A DNA stretch of 64,000 nucleotides from Mobula hypostoma (lineage: Eukaryota). This document shows positions 1 to 13,494 of the stretch, one piece after another; the stretch's first letter is position 1; every line of letters begins with the position of its first letter. The stretch covers positions 107,820,001 through 107,884,000 of the forward strand of contig NC_086097.1 of assembly GCF_963921235.1 (NCBI RefSeq), written 5' to 3'. Position numbers and translations under genes: made by a program. Under the pieces are notes generated by a model. It did not search any database. It was not told where the DNA came from and saw only the letters and a program-made list of their open reading frames with translations.

Positions 1-820
1 TGGCAAATGAAGTACAATGTTGGAAAGTGTATGGTTATGCACTTTGGCAGAAAAAATAAACGGGCAGACTATTATTTAAATGGGGAAAGAATTCAGCGTT
101 CTGAGATGCAACGGGACTTGGGAGTCTTCGTACAGGATACCCTTAAAGTTAACCTCCAGGTTGAGTTAGTAGTGAAGGAGGTGAATGCAATGTTGGCATT
201 CATTTCTAGAGGAATAGAGTATAGGAGCAGGGATGTGATGTTGAGGCTCTATAAGGCGCTGGTGAGACCTCACTTGGAGTACTGTGGGCAGTTTTGGTCT
301 CCTTATTTAAGAAAGGATGTGCTGACATTGGAGAGGGTACAGAGAAGATTCACTAGAATGATTCCGGGAATGAGAGGGTTAACATATGAGGAACGTTTGT
401 CCGCTCTTGGACTGTATTCCTTGGAGTTTAGAAGAATGAGGGGAGACCTCATAGAAACATTTCGAATGTTAAAAGGCATGGACAGAGTGGATGTGGCAAA
501 GTTGTTTCCCATGATGGGGGAGTCTACTACGAGAGGGCATGACTTAAGGATTGAGGGGTGCCCTTTCAGAACAGAAATGCGAAGAAAGTTTTTTAGTCAG
601 AGTGTGGTGAATCTATGGAATTTGTTGCCACGGGCAGCAGTGGAGGCCAAGTCATTGGGTGTATTTAAGGTAGAGATTGATAGGTATCTGAGTAGCCAGG
701 GCATCAAAGGTTATGGTGAGAAGGCGGGGGAGTGGGACTAAATAGAATGGATCAGCTCATGATAAAATGGCAGAGCAGACTCGATGGGCCGAATGGCCTA
801 CTTCTGCTCCTTTGTCTTAT
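1..820 (+). mobile_element. CR1 LINE 3' part (end of ORF2 plus 3' UTR), subfamily A
   Basis: ORF 7..741 has CR1 ORF2 C-terminal motifs (RDLGV, LYKALVRPHLEYCGQFWSP, RRMRGDLIETF, FFSQSVVNLWNLLP); near-identical to 26326-28197 on the opposite strand. Confidence 0.95.
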
Positions 821-1920
821 GTGGATGGAGAATTGGTTAGCAGACAGGAAGCAAAGAGTGGGAATAAACGGGACCTTTTCAGAATGGCAGGCGGTGACTA
901 GTGGGGTACCGCAAGGCTCAGTGCTGGGACCCCAGTTGTTTACAATATATATTAATGACTTGGATGAGGGAATTAAATGCAGCATCTCCAAGTTTGCGGA
1001 TGACACGAAGCTGGGCGGCAGTGTTAACTGTGAGGAGGATGCTAAGAGGATGCAGGGTGACTTGGATAGGTTGGGTGAGTGGGCAAATTCATGGCAGATG
1101 CAATTTAATGTGGATAAATGTGAAGTTATCTACTTTGGTGGCAAAAATAGGAAAACAGATTATTATCTGAATGGTGGCCGATTAGGTGCAACGAGACCTG
1201 GGTGTCATTATACACCAGTCATTGAAAGTGGGCATGCAGGTACAGCAGGCGGTGAAAAAGGCGAATGGTATGCTGGCATTTATAGCGAGAGGATTCGAGT
1301 ACAGGAGCAGGGAGGTACTACTGCAGTTGTACAAGGCCTTGGTGAGACCACACCTGGAGTATTGTGTGCAGTTTTGGTCCCCTAATCTGAGGAAAGACAT
1401 CCTTGCCATAGAGGGAGTACAAAGAAGGTTCACCAGATTGATTCCTGGGATGGCAGGACTTTCATATGAAGAAAGACTGGATGAACTGGGCTTGTACTCG
1501 TTGGAATTTAGAAGATTGAGGGGGGATCTGATTGAAACGTATAAAATCCTAAAGGGATTGGACAGGCTAGATGCAGGAAGATTGTTCCCGATGTTGGGGA
1601 AGTCCAGAACGAGGGGCCACAGTTTGAGGATAGAGGGGAAGCCTTTTAGGACCGAGATTAGGAAAAACTTCTTCACACAGAGAGTGGTGAATCTGTGGAA
1701 TTCTCTGCCACAGGAAACAGTTGAGGCCAGTTCATTGGCTATATTTAAGAGGGAGTTAGATATGGCCCTTGTGGCTACGGGGGTCAGGGGGTATGGAGGG
1801 AAGGCTGGGGTGGGGTTCTGAGTTGGATGATCAGCCATGATCATAATAAATGGCGGTGCAGGCTCGAAGGGCCGAATGACCTACTCCTGCACCTATTTTC
1901 TATGTTTCTATGTTTTTATG
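821..1920 (+). mobile_element. CR1 LINE fragment (RT motifs to 3' tail), subfamily B, frameshifted by a deletion near 1185
   Basis: [10 protein letters not shown] and FADD in ORF 732..1385, C-terminus in ORF 1186..1821, TTTCTATG-type tail at ~1897-1920. Confidence 0.95.
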
Positions 1921-2225
1921 TGTGTGGTATAATAAATGCAGTTTCTAACTTTCTGCATGCCATACGTATTGGTTGCTCAGTTCTGATCCAGATGGTCCCA
2001 TGAAGTGTCAGGAGGGGTGGCAGTGCAATCACTTGAGTCGAGTACGATGCTCTTGTCTATTGGTGGGTCCTCAGGTGGCTGTACAGGCCATTCATTGACT
2101 TTGTTTAACGTGGGGAGGCTGATACCTTGACAGATCATGGTCAGGGTCTAGTGGGGCTCCTTCACTGCCGTTGTGATGTGTCATTCTCTTCCACCGTTGA
2201 GAAGCACATAATGAATGAATATAAA

Positions 2226-2324
2226 CTACTGAATGTCATCTTCACCTGTACTGAACCAGCAGAATTTTTGGGAAGTTTCAAAATTCCAGTCATGCTGAGT
2301 GTAACCAAATTTACTTTCTGTGGC
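2226..2324 (-). CDS. Candidate last coding exon of unidentified host gene (ATESKFGYTQHDWNFETSQKFCWFSTGEDDIQ*)
   Basis: Acceptor gtaatttcctgtgcag, open phase-0 frame to TAG, non-repetitive DNA, phase matches exon 10530-10576; no polyA signal identified. Confidence 0.25.
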   Translation of the reverse strand, partial: ATESKFGYTQHDWNFETSQKFCWFSTGEDDIQ

Positions 2325-2389
2325 CTGCACAGGAAATTACCACTACATTAAATGCAGGAGAAATAAGGTATAAAAATGTAAGAGAGGAG

Positions 2390-3000
2390 AGCTCATATGA
2401 ATCAGAAGCAGGAAAGGCCATTATGTCCTCAAGCACTGCTGCCATTCATTAAGATCATGACTAATCTGACTGTAATCTCAACTCCAAATTCTTGCCGTCC
2501 CATAATCTTTCACCCCCTTGCTAACTGAAACTCAACCTCTGCCTTAAAAGCTATTCTGAAAGTCTGTTAGCACACCCCCTTCCCTACTTTGAGGAAAAGT
2601 TCAAAAAATTCACACCTGTCAAAAAGTGTTTTATCACATTTTTTAAAAATATGCAGTCCAAGACAGTGACCATGGTTCTAGATCGTCTCACAAGAGGAAA
2701 TATCCTCCCCATATCCATCCTGTCAAGATCCCACAAGGTATCATTTGCTTCAGTCAAGTCTCCTCTCATGCCTCTAAGCTATAGCAGGTAGAAGCCAAGT
2801 TTCTCAAACCCTTTCCTCATTAAAAAATACTGCCTAATAATTAGCCGAATTAATCTTCTCTGAACCACATTCAGTATTTTACAGTATGTCTTTCATTAAA
2901 TAAGGAGCAGACCTATATACTGTGCTCCAGATGTGATTTCATTGATGCCCTATGTAAATGAAGCATAACTTCCCTGCTTATATATAAATTTCCATTCTAA
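2390..3000 (-). mobile_element. Old decayed CR1 3' fragment
   Basis: ORF 2584..2769 MRGDLTEA...IFPLV...SRT resembles the CR1 C-terminus. Confidence 0.75.
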
Positions 3001-3427
3001 TTACATTCCACTGGAAGGATAAATCATACAGCATCTGAGTCTTCCCAGACCAACATCTCCAGCACTGACAAGCTAATTAAATTCAGCTGCCTCCACACTG
3101 CTTGCACAATCAACACCAACTCCCAAATCAGACACTCTACCTCAAACTGTCACAGGAAGAGACAGAGGGAAGAAATACAACTCATTGAAAGATCGAGTAT
3201 TGACTGTGAGAATCACTGGCCCACAACCAACTCCATAAGGCAGAGGAGGAAGGTTCAGTTGAGAACATGAAGTTGCTGTATGAAGCCCTATATGAACGGT
3301 TGAAGGAGTGTACTTCCTCACAAAGTACCCATCTATCCATTTACCCACCCCGACACCCATTTCCTGCTCCACTGCGAAAGTATCTGTGCTTCCCTCACTA
3401 GCTTCATCAATCACCTCAGGATGCATA

Positions 3428-3710
3428 CAAGGTAGCGTAGTGGTTAGCGCATCACTTTATAGCACCAGTGATCAGCGATTGAGGTTCAATTCCCGAGCTT
3501 GTACATTCTCCCCATGACCTTGTGGGTTTCCTTCATGTGCTTCAGTTTGCTCCCACATTCCAAAGACGTGTTGTTAGGGTTAGAAAGCCGTGGGTATGCT
3601 GCGCTGGTGCTGGAAGCATGCTAACACTTACGGGCTTCCCTCGACACATCATTGGACTGTATTGGTTGGTGGCGCTAACGATGCGTTTCACTGTATGTTT
3701 TGGTGTCTAA
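3428..3710 (+). mobile_element. tRNA-derived SINE
   Basis: A-box-like TAGCGTAGTGG and B-box-like GGTTCAATTCC; body shared with 11140-11880, 18390-18710 and 47720-48210. Confidence 0.7.
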
Positions 3711-4283
3711 GCTAAATACCTCACTTTTTTAATATACAGTATTTCTGTTTTTGCACATCTTTTAAAATCTATTCAATATATGTAATTGATTTACTTGTTT
3801 GTTATTGTTCTATTTTTATTTATTATTATATTTACTCTCTCTGCTAGATTATGTATTGCATTGAACTGCTGCTGCTAAGTTAACAAATTTCATGTCACAT
3901 GCCGGTGATAATAAACCTGATTCTGATTCTAATCTGTTTAGAAACGTCCTCAATCCCAATGAACAGCCTCAGAAGAAAAGCAGTAAAATCCTGTGAGTTT
4001 TCCTAATTACATACTTCCATGTTGTCAATCATATACTTGGGCACTGAGGTTACTTTGCATCTGAGATCTCTGCGATCACTCACCATCTGGACATACTTTT
4101 GTTATTTTTCTTGCCAAAATTAACACTTCCACATCATCCTACATTTTTCCCTCAACAGATTCTGTTCAGCAGTTTGTCTGTTCCAGCATCTGCAGTCTCG
4201 TGTTTCCTTCCTACACAATGCTTCATTTGCTATTTTTGTACACTCTATCTACTTATATATCTTTGTAGCCTTCTCACATCTTA

Positions 4284-6697
4284 GAACACAGAACATACAA
4301 AAGTACAGCACAGTACAGGCCGTTCGGCCCACAATGTTGTGCCGACCCTCAAACCCTGCCTCCCATATAAGCCCCCACCTTAGATTCCTCCATATACCTG
4401 TCTAATAGTCTCTTAAACTTCACTAGTGTATCTGCCTCCACCACTGACTCAGGCAGTGCATTCCACGCACCAACCACTCTCTGAGTAAAAAACCTTCCTC
4501 TAATATCCCCCTTGAACTTCCCACCCCTTACCTTAAAGCCATGTCCTCTTGTATTGAGCAGTGGTGCCCTGGGGAAGAGGTGCTGGCTATCCACTCTATC
4601 TATTCCTCTTATTATCTTGTACACCTCTATCATGTCTCCTCTCATCCTCCTTCTCTCCAAAGAGTAAAGCCCTACCTCCCTTAATCTCTGATCATAATGC
4701 ATACTTTCTAAACCAGGCAGCATCCTGGTAAATCTCCTCTGTACCCTTTCCAATGCTTCCACATCCTTCCTATAGTGAGGTGACCAGAACTGGACACAAT
4801 ACTCCAAGTGTGGCCTAACCAGAGTTTTATAGAGCTGCATCATTACATCGCGACTCTTAAACTCTATCCCTCGACTTATGAAAGCTAACACTCCATAAGC
4901 TTTCTTAACTACCCTATCCACCTGTGAGGCAACTTTCAGGGATCTGTGGACATGTGCCCCGAGATCCCTCTGCTCCTCCACACTACCAAGTATCCTGCCA
5001 TTTACTTTGTACTCTGCCTTGGAGTTTGTCCTTCCAAAGTGTACAACCTCACACTTCTCCGGGTTGAATTCCATCTGCCACTTCTCAGCCCACTTCTGCA
5101 TCCTATCAATGTCTCTCTGCAATCTTTGACAATCCTCTACACTATCTACAACATTACCAACCTTTGTGTCGTCTGCAAACTTGCCAACACACCCTTCTAC
5201 CCCCACATCCAGGTCGTTAATAAAAATCACGAAAAGTAAAGGTCCCAGAACCAATCCTTGTGGGACACCACTAGTCACAATCCTCCAATCTGAATGTACT
5301 CCCTCCACTACCACCCTCTGCCTTCTGCAGGCAAGCCAATTCTGAATCCACCTGGCCAAACTTCCCTGGATCCCATGCCTTCTAACTTTCTGAATAAGCC
5401 TACCGTGTGGAACCTTGTCAAATGCCTTACTAAAATCCATGTAGATCACATCCACTGCACTACCCTCACCTATATGCCTGGTCACCTCCTCAAAGAACTC
5501 TATCAGGCTTGTTAGACACGATCTGCCCTTCGCAAAGCCATGCTGACTGTCCCTGATCAGACCATGATTCTCTAAATGCCTATAGATCCTATCTCTAAGA
5601 ATCTTTTCCAACAGCTTTCCCACCACAGACGTAAGGCTCACTGGTCTATAATTACCCGGACTATCCCTACTACCTTTTTTGAACACGGGAACAACATTCG
5701 CCTCCAATCCTCCGGTACCATTCCCGTGGACAACGAGGACATAAAGATCCTAGCCAGAGGCTCAGCAATCTCTTCTCTCGCCTCATGGAGCAGCCTGGGG
5801 AATATTCTGTCAGGCCCCGGGGACTTACCTGTCCTAATGTATTTTAACAACTCCAACACCTCCTCTCCCTTAATATCAGCATGCTCCAGAACATCAACCT
5901 CACTCATATTGTCCTCACCATCATCAAGTTCCCTCTCATTGGTGAATACCGAAGAGAAGTATTCATTGAGGACCTCGCTCACTTCCACAGCCTCCAGGCA
6001 CATCTTCCCACCTTTATCTCTAATCGGTCCTACCTTCACTCCTGTCATCCTTTTTTTCTTCACATAATTGAAGAATGCCTTGGGGTTTTCCTTTACCCTA
6101 CTCGCCAAGGCCTTCTCATACCACCTTCTTGCTCTCCTCAGCCCCTTCTTAAGCTCCTTTCTTGCTTCCCTATATTCCTCAATAGACCCAGCTGATCCTT
6201 GCTTCGTAAACCTCATGTATGCTCCCTTCTTCCTCCTGACTAGATTTTCCATCTCACTTGTTCCTTCACCCTACCATTCTTTATCTTCCTCACCGGGACA
6301 AATTTATCCCTTACATTCCGCAAGAGATCTCTAAACATCGACCACATGTCCAGAGTACATTTCCGTGCAAAAACATCATCCCAATTCACACCCGCAAATT
6401 CTAGCCTTATAGCCTCATAATTTGCCTTTCCCCAATTAAAGATTTTCCTGTCCTCTTTGATTCTATCCTTTTCCATGATAATGCTAAAGGCCAGGGAGCG
6501 GTGGGCACTGTCCCCCAGATGCTCACCCACTGAGAGATCTGTGACCTGACCCGGTTCATTTCCTAGTACTAGATCTAGTATGGCATTCCCCCTGGTCGGC
6601 CTGTCCACATACTGTGACAGGAATCCCTCCTGGACACACTTAACAAACTCTGCTCCATCTAAACCCTTGGAACTAATCAGGTGCCAATCAATATTAG
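4284..6697 (-). mobile_element. CR1 LINE, 5'-truncated ORF2 (end of endonuclease plus full RT), subfamily C
   Basis: ORFs 6240..6608, 5638..6252 and 4349..5707 ([31 protein letters not shown]) separated by frameshifts; 3' tail at ~4284. Confidence 0.97.
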
Positions 6698-7666
6698 GTG
6701 CAAATCAATATCTTCTTTATAACTTGCTTTCCTACTTAAACTTTGCATCATCAGAAATTTTAGCACCATACCTTCAACTCCGTGTAAGGCATGAAAATGC
6801 CCGACGCAGGTCTCTCATGGTCTGAGTGGACGTTCCCCTCCCTGTCCCCTTCAACGCCCTTCATTCATATGAAGTGTAACAGCACGAGGCAGCTCCAGCA
6901 CAGAATGCTCTAGAATACCACATATTTTGAATAAATCTCTGCTTTATGTTGGACAACCAATCCTCCATTTCCATCACTATATGATCTCCTAAACCATAAG
7001 GGTCTACATTCTGTAATAACCTTTAAGGTGGCACTTTATTAAATGTCTTATGAAAATCCAAGTGTTCAACATGTACCAGTTTCCCTCAACCACAGCACAA
7101 ATTACTTCAATAAATTGATTGGAAACAATTTCCCTTTCAAAAAACCATCTTAATTTTGGCTGATTACTTGGAACTTTTTTCAGTGACACCTTTAACAGTA
7201 ACTTCTCAAATTTTCCAAAAGACAGTTTTAAACTTATCATTCTTCCTTTTGAATGTAGAATTAACATTCACAATCTTCCAATCTGATTAACCTTCCGTAT
7301 CTATGGTAAATTTTAGAAAATTAAAACATCTCGAAAACATGGACGTGAGAAATTCTGCAGATACTGGAAATCCAAAGCAACACACACAAAATGCTAGAGG
7401 AGCTCAGCAAGTCAGGCAGCATCTATGGAAATGAACAGATAGTTGATGTTTCAGCCAAGGACTGGACTGCAAAATCCATTTCTTTTCAAACCGTCGGAAG
7501 AACCCAGAGAACTGTTAGGTACAGTACTACTCCTCAACCGATTTTAGTTTTTCCAAGTTTCATCCTCGCTTCCAATTCCTGATTCATAGCTATTTGTGAA
7601 ATGGTAAATGTATTTTCTATTAAAAAGACCGATGAAAAAGTTAATTCACTTGCTTATTTTCTAATA

Positions 7667-9240
7667 CAAGTTTCCCCCGCCATCCGAAGGTAGAGCGTTC
7701 CTATGAAACGGTTCGTAAGCTGAAATGTCGTAAAGCAAAGAAGCAATTACCATTTATTTATATGGGAAAATTTTGTGAGCATTCGCAGACCCAAAAATAA
7801 CCTACCAAATCATGCCAAATAACACATAAAACCTAAAATAACAGTAACATATAGTAAAAGCAGGAATGATATGATAAATACACAGCCTATATAAAGTAGA
7901 AATATTTTTCCACAATCATTGCCGGCACAGATCTCTGTAGCGAAAATCTCACGCAAGCGCCGTCGGCAGAAAATCTCACACAAGCGCTGTTGGCAAAAAC
8001 ATGGCGCAAGCGCTCTCCAGTAACCTTTAAACTATGACGCTGCCAAATCATACCAAATAACACATAAAAATACACAGCCGATATAAAGTAGAAATAATGT
8101 ATGTACAGTGTAGTATCACTTACCGGAATTGGTTCAGCACCGAGCACACTGATGATGGTGTGTTAGGCTGAGTCGGAGTTTCGGTGGTGCAGTGGCCCCC
8201 ACCCTCCGGGCCACTAACTGATACATTGCCGCGAAGCACGCAGGGGTCCAGCGGTAGCCGGGACGCACCCAGCACATCTTTAAGAAAAAAGCCAAAATAA
8301 ACATGCTAATTAATTACGTGCTGCCCGACACATAATTGTCGGCACAGATCAGTGCCGATTGCCAATTGCATCGCCTCTGATCTGGGCCGACAATTATGTG
8401 TTGGGCGGCACCTAATTAATTAGCATGTTTATTTCAGTTTTTTTCTTAAAGATGTGCTGTGTGCCTCCCGGCTACCGCTGCGTTCTCCGCGAATCGGTAC
8501 AGTATCTGTCTGAGGCCCAGGTGTTGGGGTGGTAGGACACAGGGGTGTCATCTCATCGTCGATCAGGGCAGGCAGCTCATCTTCTCCTATGACTGCCCGC
8601 CTCGATGTCGAAAGTCGAGGTTCGTCATCTGCTGTGGCTGATGTGGAAGGCTTGCTTGACTGCTGAGCCTCGCGCATTTTTCTATCACACAGTTCTTTGT
8701 AAGGACTCAAAGAATCTTGCAAATATCCCCTAAACCTACGTACCCTTTCAAAATTAAAGGCGTATGTTATCATTACTCATTCGGTTTCGGTTGTTATCCT
8801 TTCCTCTTCCAATTGCATCAGCTCTTCATCTATCAGTTCTTGTTCATGGGATGCCAAAACCTCTTCAACATCATCTTTGTCAGCTTCCACAAGCCAAATT
8901 CATTTTGTCCTTGCTTCGTTCACCACGATCAAAACACTTAATTATGTCTAGTTTTACGCCAAGTGTAACACCCTTACGAGCTCTTTCAGGCTTTTCCGAC
9001 ACCATAGAACTCATCTTGCAAACGACTGCTCACAGGTTCGTGTTAAAGCAATGCTGGCGAGAATGCCGTTCCGAATCCGGGGAGAGCGGCTGCTCGGGGC
9101 GCGCGCTGCTTTTTATCACGCGCTGAATTTTTTTCATAACAGTGAAAACACCTTCTGAAAGCGAAAACTGGGTACTAATGTAGGTCTTTCGTAACAGTGA
9201 GGTTTTGTAAAGCGAACATTGGAAAAGCGGGGGACACCTG
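7667..9240 (-). mobile_element. Tigger/pogo-type non-autonomous DNA transposon
   Basis: Imperfect TIRs CAAGTTTCCCCCGC... and ...GCGGGGGACACCTG, TA on both sides; transposase C-terminus-like remnant around ORF 8429..8773; related copy at 28225-28939. Confidence 0.8.
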
Positions 9241-9249
9241 TATTCATCC

Positions 9250-10200
9250 CCCCAGAATCACTTCTTATAGGACCAACTTCATTAATCTCCACCCCCCCCA
9301 ATAATATTGACATAATGTGTACTTTACCTTCTTTATTAATCTTTCAGTCATTGTTTTTTAATGTTTTGTCTGGTCTTTTAATCTGCCACTAACGGTACTA
9401 TAGGCGTCTTTAACTTTGGAACTATATTTATCTTCTGTAATTAACCAAAGATGGAGGATCCTCTACCAGGAATTTAGGACATATTCCCTTCAATGTCTGT
9501 TCCTTCATTTTGATTGACCAATCCCCTAACCTTATCTGTCAGTCCACTTCAATGCCCTCATAATTGCTCTTATTTAAGTTGAACATGCTGGCATTGCACC
9601 CCTCTTTTCAATCAAACTAACTGTAATATTCAATTATATCAGGACTACAGCTACATTCTATCTTGTTTCTCACCTCCATTAACAACAGGCATAGCTTGTT
9701 CTCCAACTGGCTCCAGAAAATGCTGTTCCAAGAAACTATCATGAAGACACTTCATGAACTTGTCAAAAGGCTACCTCTGCCAGACCATACATAGATTACA
9801 ATCCCTCATTATTACAAATGTAGCTTTCTGACATTTATGTTCTCTCTCTCGCTCTCTCGTCCCATGTGGTTACTGTTAGGGAGCTTGTACACCGGTGTTC
9901 TAGATGGTGTTTCATCTCACTGCAAGTTTTACATCCTAGTATTTTGAAGTTAGGTCATTTTTCTCAAACAAACCCACTGACAATTTTCTACCTTTTCCAA
10001 CTTCCTGTCCTTAAATGTCATGTACTCTTCAATATTCCATTCATGGTCTAGGCTGCCTTACAGCCATGCTTCTGTAGTGGCTATCAAATCATACTTATTC
10101 AAGTCCATGAGTTTTGTTTTGAAATTAAGGTGCATTCAATGCAGACTGTTTTTAGCTTCTGTCCTTTCCCTATTTTTGTAATCTCTAGCCTTACCTGCTG
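9250..10200 (-). mobile_element. Very old CR1 endonuclease-region remnant
   Basis: Reverse strand reads YDLIATTEAWL (~10060-10095), matching the YDVVAVTETWL-type motif of other CR1 copies here. Confidence 0.6.
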
Positions 10201-10529
10201 ATTTACTGTTAGATTCAAAATTCTCTATCCCTTTCTGCTGATCTGATTTTATTAAAGAAGTATGAAGCAAGAATTATAAAATCTTCAAAGATGGTTGAGT
10301 TCTACAATGTTTCTTCACAGTCTGACAGCAAATCCAGCCAGTTGCAGTTCAATGGTTCAAAAGATGATGTTAAAAGATATGATTGGAATTTTAAGTTCAT
10401 TTATTGAATTTTACTTTTTTTTAAATTTAATATTGTAGAAGCATCATTCCTCGCTATTAGCCTCCAAACTCGGTGTATTAGGGCCAACAGAAAGGACTGA
10501 TTTTCTCCTACAAAGTAGAAACATATTAC

Positions 10530-10576
10530 TGAAGGCAGAGGTTGCTTGCTATAATCATTATCACCTTCACCTTCAT
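10530..10576 (-). CDS. Candidate host exon ((N)EGEGDNDYSKQPLPS), 47 nt
   Basis: Acceptor ttgtattttgcag, donor gtaata, phase 1 to 0. Confidence 0.4.
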
Positions 10577-11018
10577 CTGCAAAATACAATTGTTGTGTGC
10601 TACCAGCTCCACTTAAAGCTCTCTCGTACTGTTGACAGCTAGTTAGTAGATTTTAAATGGAGATGTGCTTTCTAGCTGAAGTATATGAAGTCAGATGTTC
10701 TACAGGTAAGCCAGCATGGGGAGAGAGCAAAGTATGGTGCAGATGGGAAAGCCCTTGCCCCAAGGCTTTCAACACTCTACTCAAGTCCCTGGTGGGCAGT
10801 AACAGATATGTTGGCTCTTCAAGACAAGATAATTTCAAGATACACACTCAGAAGGCAAACAGAGTAGGTAGTCATGAAGATTCATGTTAGCCATGTAGCC
10901 AAGAAGGAGAAAAAAAATAATTCGTCTTCCAATTCATTGCTCAACACACAATCTGTGCACATGGCCAAATGTTCAATCACAATGGCCACATCACCCTCAT
11001 ATTTTACATTACACTTAC

Positions 11019-11037
11019 TGTCAAGAGTTTTCTTGGT
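11019..11037 (-). CDS. Candidate host micro-exon (TKKTLD), 19 nt
   Basis: Consensus donor gtaagt; weaker acceptor cttgtccatcaag; phase 0 to 1 bridges the neighbouring candidates. Confidence 0.3.
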
Positions 11038-11139
11038 CTTGATGGACAAGTTGATACATAAAAGGAGGGATCAGCTCCTATCCTAAGCCCAGAGAGGGGA
11101 TACAGTTAAACATTACTTGCTGAGAAATAATTCAGGGTG

Positions 11140-11880
11140 ACATGGTAGCGTAACAATTAGCGTAACGTCATTACAGCGCTGATGACCTGGGTTCAATTCA
11201 ATGCTATCTGTAAGGAATTTGTCTATTCTCTCTATGCCACTCAGTTAGCCACTCCCACATGGGAGGAGTTCACATACTGTACAAGCAGGGTTATCAATAA
11301 AGTTCAGTTGAGTATCCTGAAAAAAAGGAATTGGAGAAAGAGAAAGAGAGGGAGAGAGAGAAAGTGGGGGAGAGAGAGAGTGTGTTAAAAACAAAGAGAA
11401 AGACAGCTATAATATTGGCAATTCTTTTTTATATTTATGTAAGGAGCATAATTTATGTGCTATCGTTAAAGTGAATGGAATTGCACAATATCAGTAACTA
11501 TAATTTCAATGCAGCTCTATAGACAAGAAGTATGTGCCTAGCTTTTATTTTTTTCAGGAAGGGAGATGTAGTGGCAGTTAATAGTGGTTTTCCTATGTCA
11601 GTCAGTTAGCCACTCCCACATGGGAGAAGTCACATACTGTTCAAGCAGGATTGTCAATAAAGTTGAGTTGACTATACTGCATGCTGGCATCCTGGTGTGC
11701 TCTGCACTATCCCTCAATAACGAACACAATAGTAACTGTGTGGGTTAACTCTGGATGCTCTGGTTTCTTCCAACTTTCCAAAGACACATGGGTTTGTAGG
11801 TTTATTGGTTGCACAGGTGTAATTGGGCAGCATGGGCTCATTGGAAGGGCTTACAACGCTGAATCTCTAAATAAGAAATA
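11140..11880 (+). mobile_element. tRNA-derived SINE interrupted by a ~490 bp insert (about 11236-11730)
   Basis: SINE head at 11140-11235; body resumes at ~11731 (gtaactgtgtgggtt...tctggtttc). Confidence 0.6.
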
Positions 11881-12679
11881 AATGAAACCATATTCTCATT
11901 ATCCTCATACATAATCTTCTTTTGCACAACCAACCTCTCCCATTAAGCTCACTCAAGAGCCAAAAGTTGGAGCACTTAACAACATTGCCTAGATTTCATT
12001 TAAAATGTATTGACTGAAACTTGGCAAGCAAATGCAATGAATGTCACTTGATTTTATGCTCATGGCCATATTGACATAAAGTGGATTATATTGGAGGTTA
12101 AAGGAAAGCATTATATCTGTCAGAATAAAAGTTGCAAAATGTAAACTCTTTTTTAATACATAAAGAGAGATAATCATCTGGACATATAAAGTTCTCCAGC
12201 AGTTCAAAATATTTTAGTCTGCACTGGGACCAGAATGGCTTGTAAAACTAAATGATCTCACTAAACACAGAAGCTCCAAGAGCACCCGAGCATTGGTTGA
12301 AATAGGATAAGTCAAGCTAGAAGTTACATTTCAAACCCAAGACAACCGGTGAGTGACAGAGTCCAATATCAGCAAGCACTGGAAACACAGCTTGAGGAGA
12401 AACTCATGATAATATGAGCATAATTATGCAAGCAAAACAGAACATTTTATCAGAATGCTAAATAAATTTTGATTTGCATCACTCTTTAATAAAATGTTTG
12501 AAAGTCTAAGAATAAAAACAGTACTAGAAGTCCAGATATGGACCTAGGCAAAACATTAACCCCTTTCAACACATTGGGACAGCATAAAAAGTTAATTTAC
12601 CCTTTTAGAAAAATCTAATCCAGTTAATTACATTTCTTATCAACACTTGGCTTGTCTGAACTTGGCTGATGGTGCATAC

Positions 12680-12718
12680 CCAGTAGTTTAGCATATCTGC
12701 AATTTTTTGCGCATCATT
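12680..12718 (-). CDS. Candidate host exon (NDAQKIADMLNYW), 39 nt
   Basis: Strong acceptor tgcttcttctccag, donor gtatgc, only phase 0 is open. Confidence 0.5.
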
Positions 12719-13494
12719 CTGGAGAAGAAGCATTTAAATGTAGCAACTTCAAATCTCATCCTGAATTTTAATTTTGACACATTTTATTAAACTGAACAAA
12801 GTCAAAACTGTGCCTCAGTGTGTAGTCTCCAAAAATAATCAACACACTTTGCATAGTAAAAGCAGGTGCATAATACTCAATTTTTCATCTGTTTTACTGC
12901 CGGCCTTCATGCCAGCTGACAAGATTCTGATGGCAGGGTGGAGAGGTGGGGGTGGGGGTGGGGGTGGGAGGTGGGAGGTGGGAGGTGGAACAATAATTAG
13001 TGTATGTTACAGCAGAAAGATTTAAACATATATAGGGATGTTGAAAACTACGGCTTTTTAAGATAATACTTCTTATAAGATTTGTACTTTTTAAGAAACA
13101 ATTGTATTTTTCACACTTGGTGGCAGAAAGCAGTGTAGCAGCTAAACTAAGTTTATCACCTTTCTCATTTTTTATTAGCTAAGTAATCGCACATTACCCA
13201 CGTGATGTAATTGTTTTAAATAAGTAGCCTATTAACTAATTCATTCCTATTTAAGGAATTTTCCTTAACTTATTATAAAAGTGATAGATCTTTCAGAGGC
13301 ACCATTTTAGCTTCTCTATTCCTTTGTATCCATACACCTCTTCATATCAATTCTCAGCTCTTTATTGAGTTTACTTAGCATTCATATGTTTCCTTGTACT
13401 CTAAAATAAACTGAAATATTGGAATTAAGACTGCTCATCATTCCTGACTCCCAGTAGAACCCCAAAGATCAGAAAATAAACAGAGGTTCATTCT

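Noticed and set aside
1182..1844. Long antisense ORFs over CR1 copies (also 27169..27573, 35644..36156)
   Set aside because: Shadow frames of CR1 coding sequence with no independent evidence
3428..3500. tRNA gene
   Set aside because: A/B-box-like motifs but no convincing cloverleaf, and it continues into a SINE body
4349..5707. Stand-alone or domesticated reverse transcriptase gene (452 aa)
   Set aside because: Part of a 5'-truncated CR1 with upstream frameshifts and close paralogues in the window
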